A DNA stretch of 62,980 nucleotides, counting the filler, from Octopus bimaculoides (taxonomy: Eukaryota): assembly GCF_001194135.2 (NCBI RefSeq). It is 3 parts of 2 records of this genome, joined end to end, with 100 filler letters (N's around TTAATTAATTAA, not from the genome) between each part and the next. Parts side by side here need not be neighbours in the genome. Positions count along the whole stretch, not along the records: positions 31,763 to 62,980 come from NC_068994.1; 2 more parts are not named here. One strand, 5' to 3'. This document shows, in pieces, positions 40,040 through 50,890 of this stretch. The position numbers and the translations under genes are program-made. The notes below the pieces were generated by a model. The model was not told where the DNA came from. It searched no databases and saw only the letters and a list, made by a program, of their open reading frames with translations. Within the stretch, counting starts at the first letter, position 1; each line of letters starts with the position of its first letter.

Positions 40040-41512
40040 AGCATCCACTCTAAGTTCAAAAATTGTACTTGGAATGGGATAATGCAAGAACAATCAGTAC
40101 AGTCGTAAACCTTGAATAACAAATCAATAACAGGTTTCAACAATTTAATTCTGGTCTTTAACATTTACAGAGCTGACTTGTTGAAGTAGAAAACATAGGA
40201 GAAAAGATGACAAAATAAACATTCCATTCAAATCCAGATTAATGATAATACAAACATTTGTTGTTGGCACTCCGTCGCTTACGACGTCGAGGGTTCCAGT
40301 TGATCCGATCAAGGGAACAGCCTGCTCGTGAAATTAACGTGCAAGTGGCTGAGCACTTCACAGACACGTGTACCCTTAACGTAGTTCTCGGGGATATTCA
40401 GTGTGACACAGTGTCACAAGGCTGACCCTTTGAATTACAAACACAACAGAAGCAGAAATAAGAGTGAGAGAAAGTTGTGGTGAAAGAGTACAAAGGGTTC
40501 ACCACCATCCCCTGCCGGAGCCTCGTGGAGCTTTTAGGTGTTTTCGCTCAATAAACACTCACAACGCCTGGGAATCGAAACTGCGATCCTATGACCGCGA
40601 GTCCGCTACCCTAACCACTGGGCCATTGCGCCTCCACAATACAAACATTAAACAAATACCAACAGAATACTTCCGATTTCAGGAAAAAATGGAAGTTGAG
40701 CTAACAAAATTTTACATAAGCATTATTCAGAAAAATTGATTATTACATCATCAAGAGAGACAACTGTACCATATAGTTTAAAGATAATAACCATGAGGAA
40801 GCTGATACATCGATGGTTTGCTTAGCAACAAATGCATTACAGAACTGTCTTGAAGCAGAGGTAGTCTTCAGCTTAGATACTGATGTCTTCATCATGACAA
40901 ACACTTCAGATACAATACGACAGGTATCGCATCAGGTGTTTTGGAGACTGTGCCAATTTGGATTGTGCTGGGGTGAGGCAAAGCAATAATGTAACCAGTA
41001 TTGCACCAACTGAATCAGACAATTTCCTGGAGTAGGCAAAAAAAGACAAATGATTTCAATTGAAACTGAATGAAGAATGCAAAATAACACATAAAATAAC
41101 AAATGTTCTGGATTTAAGGTGGAATGTTTTGAAAACATCTGGCTGAAGGTAGCAAATTTCCTCCTAAGCAGGATTTTGATGCCTTTATTGGATTTTTTGG
41201 CCCAGAAAAAATATTAGACAAGCATACTTAATTCAGTTTCTAGATTGACTAATAGATGAGATAGCATAAAATATGTATTTTACAGTGGTCATTTTGAAAA
41301 TGCAAGATGCTGATCATACAGATCTCTGTGCAAAAACCACTATTGATTTTCAGATCTTCCATTCTCTGATGATTCCAAAAATGTTTCAGGTTTGATAACC
41401 TCCAAAGTTTTTAACTAAAATTTATTAAAGATTGTGAACCTGGCCACAAAATCACATACTTCCATTTTAGAAGGGAGGGACACATTGAACAAAATATGTA
41501 ACCCTACATATG
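40040..41512 (+). mobile_element. Academ-like DNA transposon remnant (XPG/FEN1-like nuclease region)
   Basis: 40782-40910 translates KDNNHEEADTSMVCLATNALQNCLEAEVVFSLDTDVFIM (EAD...SxDxD), followed by ASGVLETVPIWIVLG and a DN-F-GVGKK-like H3TH remnant. Candidate right terminus near 41512. The Academ assignment is inference. Confidence 0.55.
40259..40636 (-). mobile_element. Family C SINE with perfect 12-bp TSD
   Basis: AATACAAACATT at 40247-58 and 40638-49; (CAA)n tail. Confidence 0.9.
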
Positions 41513-41838
41513 GACTATGTCTGAATGAAAAATAGAGAAGTGATGGCTTGAACATTGGTTTGATCGTATGGGGTATTGATGTGTGGTAATGATGGTTAAG
41601 TGGTGTGAAGATGATGGCGTTAGGTACCAGTGGTTGATGGGAAGAGGAGAATAATCTATATAAGCAACAAGAACGTTAATAACAAAACCAACAAAGTATC
41701 AGTGTAAAGACAACAGTAGCAGTAATAACAATAGCAGTAACAATAGTAACACCAATAATGACAGTAACGATAACAGCAGGAGCAGTAAGAACCACTAGGG
41801 TGAATGGTGGATATTGGGGAGAGAGAGGGGATAGAGAA

Positions 41839-41930
<92 letters not shown>

Positions 41931-42275
41931 AAAAAGAGAATGTGTGTGAAAGAGAGAGAGAGAGAGGAAGAGCGGTAAAACAGTAATGTGTGGGTCAATA
42001 CACAAGCAACGTAGCTACTGAGGAATGCAGATATCAGTGAGATAGCAGGATGGCCATTGTGTCATTTGAATGGTTGGCGGTGGTGAAAAGATTGAATGTA
42101 CCTCAGTTATCAGTAAAACTTCAGATTTTACAAACTATTAAACACAAAATTCCGACAAGGAAACACATTTATTTCAAGAGAAAAGTTTGAAAGAACAAAC
42201 GTATTTCGTAGACATGAAAACAAATCTCTAATACCATCATCATCATCGTCATCATCATCGTTTAACTCACCCTTT

Positions 42276-42783
42276 GGATCTTTCTGATTTGGCGGGCGCC
42301 ACTTGTTTTCTTAACGAAACACTTTCAAACTTGGTACCCTGGTAGAATGTATCATATAAAACATCTTTTACTCTTAGTGTTATTGAGAAAATTTTATCTT
42401 TTTAAAGTTATTTCGTGTTAAAATTGTCGTATTTCGGTAATTTCAACCAATCACTGACGTCTATTGAGGTGAAAACAATTACTGCTGTGAATTGTCAACA
42501 AAACGTTGTGCGGTGGAATGGAATCTTTTCCCTTGAATAAAATTAGTGCCGTTGTTTGTCAGCAACAACTATCGGCGGTACAATTATTTATGACATCGTT
42601 CGTGCGTTTGTACTGGTTTAAGGTTTTAGGGTTTTAGAGTTACGGTTAGGGTTTTAGAGTTACGGTTAGGGTTAAGGTTATGAGTACTTTTGCCAAATTT
42701 GGTGAAAAAGTTTGTGGTGGTGTATTGAAGAGATTTTCACCAAATTTGGCAAAAATACTCATAACCCTAACCCTAACCCTAAC
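42276..42783. mobile_element. Merlin-type telomere-repeat element, single-ended copy (T2)
   Basis: Starts GGATCTTTCTGATTTG and is homologous to the arms of 60275-61289. Telomere-like array 42624-42677, then a 43-bp stem (41/43 matches) with a 25-nt loop, then (CCCTAA)3. Confidence 0.75.
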
Positions 42784-45595
42784 TCTGAGATAAGGATAGT
42801 GTTAGTTGTCCACGTTTCTACTGCGTCCTTTACACAGATCACAAATTTGTGGCGTGTAAGGTGTACTTAGTTAACTAAGACAGGGACCAGGGTACTGGAA
42901 GCTAAACAAGTCTGTTTTGACTTGTAAAGCCTTTGGAGCCCGGGTTAAGAAATTAGTTCAGGGGGCATTATGTGGCGCCATCATCAATAATAGATGGTGG
43001 TGTGTCCTCAAACGAGCCATTCGTTCAGAGTCTGTTAGATTTAGTAAACAGCCATGTTTAGAAAAGACTAGAATAGAAGGGAAATTAGTTAAGGAATTAG
43101 AAGAGGCCATGGAATCTGGCTCTGCATCTAGAGTGACGGCGGTGAGGGCGGTCTTGTTCCGCCACCTCAAAGCCAAACACAAAGGGTATAGAGCCGGGAC
43201 TAAGTTACGTGCAGTGGGGAGAAAAGGCATTAACGTTGCCGGATGGGCTCGTCGTGTGCAGAGTCGTAGAGGCAGAGAAGCCTCTATAAAGGCTTTGATC
43301 GACGAGCAGGATCGTAAGATTGAAGGAGAAGAGGAGATGCGGAAGGCTTTTCATCAGCGTTTCCCCTGGTTATTCGNNNNNNNNNNNNNNNNNNNNNNNN
43401 NNNNNNNNNNNNNNNNNNNNNNNNNNNNNNNNNNNNNNNNNNNNNNNNNNNNNNNNNNNNNNNNNNNNNNNNNNNNNNNNNNNNNNNNNNNNNNNNNNNN
43501 NNNNNNNNNNNNNNNNNNNNNNNNNNNNNNNNNNNNNNNNNNNNNNNNNNNNNNNNNNNNNNNNNNNNNNNNNNNNNNNNNNNNNNNNNNNNNNNNNNNN
43601 NNNNNNNNNNNNNNNNNNNNNNNNNNNNNNNNNNNNNNNNNNNNNNNNNNNNNNNNNNNNNNNNNNNNNNNNNNNNNNNNNNNNNNNNNNNNNNNNNNNN
43701 NNNNNNNNNNNNNNNNNNNNNNNNNNNNNNNNNNNNNNNNNNNNNNNNNNNNNNNNNNNNNNNNNNNNNNNNNNNNNNNNNNNNNNNNNNNNNNNNNNNN
43801 NNNNNNNNNNNNNNNNNNNNNNNNNNNNNNNNNNNNNNNNNNNNNNNNNNNNNNNNNNNNNNNNNNNNNNNNNNNNNNNNNNNNNNNNNNNNNNNNNNNN
43901 NNNNNNNNNNNNNNNNNNNNNNNNNNNNNNNNNNNNNNNNNNNNNNNNNNNNNNNNNNNNNNNNNNNNNNNNNNNNNNNNNNNNNNNNNNNNNNNNNNNN
44001 NNNNNNNNNNNNNNNNNNNNNNNNNNNNNNNNNNNNNNNNNNNNNNNNNNNNAGTGGCATTAAATCGACAGTCCAGATAAACTGTTACTTGTCGGTTCCG
44101 TTTGAGATCAAACGATCGGTTCGTCAAAGGTGCCCCCTGTCTCCGCCTCTGTATGTGCTGGCTCTTGAGCCTTTACTGCGGAGGCTGGAGAATTTGGGAG
44201 GCATCCCTAATAAAATCGGATGTGGTAAGTCTGTTTCTGCATATGCGGATGACGTCACCATCACCGTGTCCAGCTACCTTGTGTAGAGGATGCAATCAAG
44301 GGATACGAGGCGGTGGCAGGGGCAAAAGTTAACAAGGACAAGTCCATTGGCTTGCGGCTCGGCACATGGAGCAGCAAGTCGATAACATCCAGTGTTATGG
44401 GACACTAGACGGATGGTCCTGTTAAGTTGCTTGGAGTTTGGTTTGGACCGGACTCCCAGGCGGAGAAGAATTGGAGCAAGGTGGAAGACAGGGTGGAGGC
44501 TCTAGTCCGGACTTGGTCTGGAGGGTACTGTCCCTGAAAGGAAGGACGGAGGTGGTACAGGTCTTCATTGCATCTGTTATCACCTACCGTCTGACCGATG
44601 TCCCTTGTCTCGATTCGTAGCTGAGCAAGTTGGCACGACTCCTCTTCCACTTGTTGTGGAAGGGAGGAAAGCCGCTTGTGAGGCGCTCCGTTTGCTGCCA
44701 GGAACAGTTAAAGGGTGGTCAGGGATGCCGTGGCTGATGATGTGCAGATATGCGCTGAGGCTAAAACATCTCTGGCTCTACCTGGATGGTGGCCAGGTGT
44801 GGAATTCACTTGTGGAAAAATTCTTTCCACGATCGGCTTCCTTGAAGGAATTTACTCCCGATTTGATTAAAAGATGGAACATAACTGGATGGCAAAAAGA
44901 GTGCCGACAGGCACTCGGGCTAATCCACAGGGCGAGCAAAGCCGGCAGCGGGAATACCACCTCGGTATTTTATAAAAGGATAGTAGAGTTTAAGAGCGAC
45001 GACGCTCTAGGAGAGACTCTGGGGTTCGATGAGAACCAACTAACCAACCTGCTTCATAGAACTTTCAGGTCGGGGTATTTGGATAATTACCAAAGATCCC
45101 TGACTTGGCAGTGCTATAGGAATGCATTACCCATTCGAGATAAATTGTCCAGACACGGTATTCCAGTATCACCGACATGCCCAAGGTGTGGGCAGGATGA
45201 GGAAACTGCACGCCCTTGAACAGTGTCCGGAGATTTCCGGTTTGATAATTTACGTCGAACACATCTTGTCGCATCTAGGAAGAGTACAGATGTCAGCTGA
45301 GTCTGTGATAAAGACTATACCGCCAACCGGACTTTCAAAGGAAGGTGAGGCATGTTTTCTTTGTACAGTCGCCGTTATGAAAGAGTGTACTTGGAGGACC
45401 AGAATGAAAAGAGTCGCAACAGGAACCTTTATCTCCGGCCCAGGCTTGCTATATTTCTTCAGATACCATCTGAGGAGCAAGATAAAGTTGGAGAGAAGAC
45501 ATCTGTCGCGAGGCATATTTGGGAAAAGATGGAAGGATGTTTTGAAGAAGTTGGAAGTGACTGTCCCTACTTAATCACATGGCAGAAGGGTGAAG
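42784..45595 (+). mobile_element. 5'-truncated Tx1/L1-clade LINE ORF2, decayed
   Basis: YTDHKFV (end of APE domain), GPGYWKLN, SVRQRCPLSP..YVLALEPLL, AYADD (RT), LSLKGR, and CPRC...H..EQC (zf-RVT), with stops, frameshifts and one gap. Confidence 0.9.
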
Positions 45596-45653
45596 AAGGC
45601 GGCGAGCTGGGAGAAACGTTAGCACGCTGGGCGGAATGCTTAGCGGCATTTCG
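45596..45653 (+). mobile_element. Family A SINE head abutting the Tx1 3' end
   Basis: AAGGCGGCGAGCTGGGAGAAACGTTAGC up to the gap. Confidence 0.8.
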
Positions 45654-45976
45654 NNNNNNNNNNNNNNNNNNNNNNNNNNNNNNNNNNNNNNNNNNNNNNN
45701 NNNNNNNNNNNNNNNNNNNNNNNNNNNNNNNNNNNNNNNNNNNNNNNNNNNNNNNNNNNNNNNNNNNNNNNNNNNNNNNNNNNNNNNNNNNNNNNNNNNN
45801 NATATATATATATATATATATATAAGGTTGAAAAGTAACACACGAGTTAATGTGTGAGGAAAATAAGACAAAGTAGAAAATGCTAAAAAAATTTTATCAT
45901 GAAGAACATTTTAGTACCGGTTTCAATCTTTTCAACTTGCAAGGAAAACAATTAAATTGTGGAAAAATTAAATGAA

Positions 45977-48900
45977 ATCATCATCATCATCATCGTTTAA
46001 CGTCCGCTTTCTATGTCAGCATGGGTTGGACGATTTGACTGAGGACTGGTGAACTAGATGGCTACACCAGGCTCCAATCTGATTTTGAAGAGTTTCTACA
46101 GCTGGATGCCCTTCCTAAAGCCAACTACTCCGAGAGTGTAGTGGGTGCTTTTACGTGCCACCAGCACAAAGGCCAGTCAGGCAGTACTGGCAACGACCAC
46201 GCTCAAAATAGTGTATTTTACGTGCCACCTGCACAGGAGCCAGTCCAGCAACAATCTCGCTCGAATGTCTTTACACGTGCCACCGGCACAAATGTCAGGA
46301 AGGCGTCGCTGGGCACAGGTGCCATCACGATTTCGCTTTCGCTTGCCCCAACAGGTCNNNNNNNNNNNNNNNNNNNNNNNNNNNNNNNNNNNNNNNNNNN
46401 NNNNNNNNNNNNNNNNNNNNNNNNNNNNNNNNNNNNNNNNNNNNNNNNNNNNNNNNNNNNNNNNNNNNNNNNNNNNNNNNNNNNNNNNNNNNNNNNNNNN
46501 NNNNNNNNNNNNNNNNNNNNNNNNNNNNNNNNNNNNNNNNNNNNNNNNNNNNNNNNNNNNNNNNNNNNNNNNNNNNNNNNNNNNNNNNNNNNNNNNNNNN
46601 NNNNNNNNNNNNNNNNNNNNNNNNNNNNNNNNNNNNNNNNNNNNNNNNNNNNNNNNNNNNNNNNNNNNNNNNNNNNNNNNNNNNNNNNNNNNNNNNNNNN
46701 NNNNNNNNNNNNNNNNNNNNNNNNNNNNNNNNNNNNNNNNNNNNNNNNNNNNNNNNNNNNNNNNNNNNNNNNNNNNNNNNNNNNNNNNNNNNNNNNNNNN
46801 NNNNNNNNNNNNNNNNNNNNNNNNNNNNNNNNNNNNNNNNNNNNNNNNNNNNNNNNNNNNNNNNNNNNNNNNNNNNNNNNNNNNNNNNNNNNNNNNNNNN
46901 NNNNNNNNNNNNNNNNNNNNNNNNNNNNNNNNNNNNNNNNNNNNNNNNNNNNNNNNNNNNNNNNNNNNNNNNNNNNNNNNNNNNNNNNNNNNNNNNNNNN
47001 NNNNNNNNNNNNNNNNNNNNNNNNNNNNNNNNNNNNNNNNNNNNNNNNNNNNNNNNNNNNNNNNNNNNNNNNNNNNNNNNNNNNNNNNNNNNNNNNNNNN
47101 NNNNNNNNNNNNNNNNNNNNNNNNNNNNNNNNNNNNNNNNNNNNNNNNNNNNNNNNNNNATTGCTCCTGAACATCTGCCACATACAAAAACTAACTTCCT
47201 AGTTAACCTTCCTTTGATATTGTTGTACCTCTTATGTGTCCATAGCTTGCACTGGGTACATCTTATAGAGTTTCTAATTTCTTTATTGCCCACAAGGGGC
47301 CAAACATAGAAGGGACAAACAAGGACAGACAAAGGGATTAAGTCGATTACATCGACCCCAGTGCGTAACTGGTACTTAATTTATCGACCCTGAAAGGATG
47401 AAAGGCAAAGTCGACCTCGGCGGAATTTGAACTCGGAACGTAACGGCAGACGAAATACCGCTAAGCATTTCGCCCGGCGTCCTAACAATTCTGCCAGCTC
47501 GCCACCTTTAGAGTTTTAGAGTTTCTACCTACGCCTTTCTACTGATCGAGCAGGGCCATCTACCTGAAGAGATTTGTGTTTTGTCTACCTTCCTACTTAT
47601 TTGGACTCTGGTTTTAGCTCGGTTGACTCTAAGGCTCTTCGATTCTAGTCCTTGCTTTCACACCTGAAACTTCTCCTCTAGTTCTGATAGTGACTCAGCA
47701 ATTAGTGCAAGGTCATCAGGATAGAGGAGCTCCCAGGGGCATCCTGTCTTGAATTCCTCTGTTATTGCCTGGAGGACTATGATAAATAGGAGGGGTCTGA
47801 GGACTGAACCTTGGTGGACTCCTACCTCTACCCGGAATTCTTCACTGTACTCGTTGCCAACCCTCACCTTACTGACAGCGTCTCTGTGCATGGCTCGCAC
47901 AGCTCTCACTAATCATTCTTCTATCCCTAGTTTCATCATTGACCACCAGATAAGGGATCGGGGGATCCTGTCAAAGGCTTTCTCCATGTCAACGAAAGCC
48001 AGGTACAGAGGTTTATCGTTGGTTAGGTATTTCTCCTGCAGCTGTCTTACCAGAAATATAGCATCAGTGGTGCTTTTCCCTGACACAAACCCAAACTGCA
48101 TCTCATCTAAACTGACTCTCTCCCTAATTAGTTGGGCTATGACCCTCTCCGTGACTTTCATTACCTGATCTAACAACTTGATACCTCTGTAATTATTTGT
48201 ATCTAAAGCGTCCCCTTTACCTATATAGCAGTTGGCTTCGTGTATCACCTGGTTAACAATACGGGTGACTAGGCTATAGCTGACACTGCCAGATATTTTG
48301 AGTATCTCTGCAGTGATTCCTGATGAGCCGGGGGCTTTTCCTGTCTTCATACTCTTAATTGCTTTATCTACCATGGTACTGTCAACTCGAATCGCTGGTC
48401 CCTCAGTTGGGTCAACATTCGGCAGACTCTCTTCCTCCCATTCATTCTCTTTATTGAGCAAACTTTCGTAGTGGCATCTCCAAACCTCTTTCTTTGCAGC
48501 CTCGTTTAGTGCAAGCGTACCATCATCCATGCGAACACATTTCTCTCCCACGACATCACGATTCTCTCTCACACACTGTCTTGCAACACGAAATACCTCA
48601 AGTCTTTGGTCCTCACGGCGCAGAACATTGGCAATTTTTTTCTTATCTGCTTCCTCTATGGCTAAATAAACCTGTCGCTTAACTTCCCTTCTGGCAGTCT
48701 GTTACAATTCCCTGCTACCACCGTTCTTCCAGTCCTTCCAAGACAGTTTCTTTTGTCTAATAGCCCTGTCAACCACGTTGTTCCACCACCATGTTATTTT
48801 GGGTCGAGAGGGAACTTTGCACCATCCACAGATCTGGTCAATGCCCTCATCAGGTTGTCCCGTAGAAACGTCCAGTTGCCTTCTACATCATTTGAAGCTA

Positions 48901-49070
48901 CATCCCCTTCTATTTCGTCAAAGGCTTCGAGTAATAAGTCTCTAAATCTCTGTCCATTCGCAGGATCTTTGAGCTTCCAGACCCTTCTCCTCCGTGCTGG
49001 TCGTCTTCTGGGCAACCACTTAGCCCTGATCCTGAAGTCACTAACTACTAGTCTATGTTGTGGGGTACAT
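45977..49070 (-). mobile_element. 5'-truncated RTE-clade LINE, decayed
   Basis: End of APE domain (PQHRLVVSDF); YRGIKLLD, QFGF, STTDAIF, FVDMEKAFD, GVHQGSVL and LYPDD (RT); Cys-rich CTQCKLWTHKR...CGRC; 3' UTR with (ATG)n tail. In-frame stops and an internal deletion are present. Confidence 0.9.
47277..47508 (-). mobile_element. Family A SINE inserted in the RTE ORF
   Basis: TSD TAGAGTTTCTA at 47266-76 and 47517-27, plus an extra TAGAGTTT at 47509-16. Confidence 0.92.
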
Positions 49071-49466
49071 CTTTTTAAAATATTTCCATAGTCTTCAAAT
49101 AGGTAGGGCATTTTTCTTTTTTGCTGTCTGTCTGTCTCTCTTTTACTTTTGTGAAGGCTCAGTAGGTAGTAGCAGATCTGAAGAAATATTTAACATGGGG
49201 GATGTTTATTCTGGGTTTTGATTAAGGAGCTGCAGCAGCCAAAGAAGGAGACAGCGAAGAAGAAAAAGAAGAAAAAGAAGGTGTAGGAAAAGAAGAGAAC
49301 GAAAAAGTTGGGAGTGTTATGACGGTAGTAGACTGTTCGTAGAATCTTCTTTAATGGTCAAGTGACTAAAATGTGACCTGTTGTGGTTGTAGCAGTAGTG
49401 ATTGGGATTGTTCTGAATAAATTCATGGATAGTGACTGTTCTGAATATATCGCGTGGGTATTATTC

Positions 49467-50850
49467 TCAGATCATTGTAGTAGTGTCATCTGTGGCGGAA
49501 GCATTCAAAAGGGGGTTTATATTTTGCGATAAAATATGGGTTTTTGCTAATGCGCTGATTATAGGTTGCATTGTCCCTGAATTTATAGAGGGGAAAATTC
49601 TGAAGTTGGGTTGTTCATTAGCGGTGCAAATGTCGATGTGCTCGTGTAATGCTATTTTTCTGTATTCCCGAATTTTAATCCAGGATCTATATAGGGTCAT
49701 CCTCTGGCGTAGACTGGTTTTGGCTTGGCCTATGTATTGCTCTCAACATCCTGAGCAAGTTAACACATATATTAGGTTTTCCGAAGCACATGTGAAGTTG
49801 CTTTTCACTGTAAAACGTTGACCCTGTTTGAAGGAGAACTCCGATCCTTCAATTAGGCTGACGCATGTCCACAGTTAGGTCTTCCGCATTTTTTTACTGA
49901 CAGTTTCAATGTTGTTGACGAGTGTACTTGGGCTTGTTTTAGGAGACTTTTCATTGACTTAGATTGTCTTTTGCTCTTTATGATGGTGTGCGTTTGGAGG
50001 ATGATTCATTGTGGTCCCTTTTTAGCAGAGGAATGCTCTGGAGGATGGTGTCGAAGGCTTCATTGTTAAGGGTGTGTGCATATGTATGGTAGGGCTTTTG
50101 GTTGTAAATCCTTCTTTAGTTTGGGATGTTTGAGTTCGTCGATGTTGAGTTGTAGGACATGTTGAAATCCTATATCAATTAGTGATGATGGTTAGTTCCT
50201 GCTGATGAGTTTATCCTTTAACTCATGTAGTCGTGTGTCCCTGGTGCTTGTATCAGGTACTATAGTACAAATCCTTTTTGTCAGGTTGAAGGGGATTAGT
50301 CATTCTGGTGTGTCTGGGGAAGCATGAGTTGAACAGTAGATATTGCTTGGAGTCCGTGGGCTTATAGTATATGTCTGTTTCTATTTCGTTGTTGGATTTC
50401 TTAATGAGGATGTCGAGGAATGGAAGTTGTTGGTGGCTATATTCCATCGTAAATTGAATGTTTATGTCAAGTCCATTTAGAAGTGCTTGAAATTCTTTAA
50501 GTCTCTCTATATTTTTATGCCAAAGAATGAAGCAGTCATCTAGATACCGCTTCCAGTTATTTTCTATATAGAGGGAGAATGGGTTGCTGTATTTTTCTAG
50601 TACCTTACGATAAAAATCGAATTCTAAGTATCCCATGACTAGGTTAGCAAAGGAGGGGGCTATTCTTGTACCCATCACAATCCCCGATTTTTGTCGCTAG
50701 AAATTGTCTTTGAAGATTCTCCAAGATGAATTTTAGCCCTTCTATTACGAATCATTTTTTGATGTGGTGTGGGATTTCATTAGAGTAATTCTCTAGCCAG
50801 AATTGGATTGCCTCTATTCCTAGCCTATGGGAAAACTGTATACAGAGGGT
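49467..50850 (-). mobile_element. Penelope-like element (Neptune-type): RT plus GIY-YIG endonuclease, decayed
   Basis: MGTRIAPSFANL, RYLDD, LPFLD and YYKPTD (PLE RT); linker KCGRPNCG(T)C...NFTC; NLIYVLTCSGC*EQYIGQ...R (GIY-YIG with internal CxxC). Confidence 0.9.
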
Positions 50851-50890
50851 TTTACCAAAATGCAGCTGAAAAGATACAGGACATCAAACA

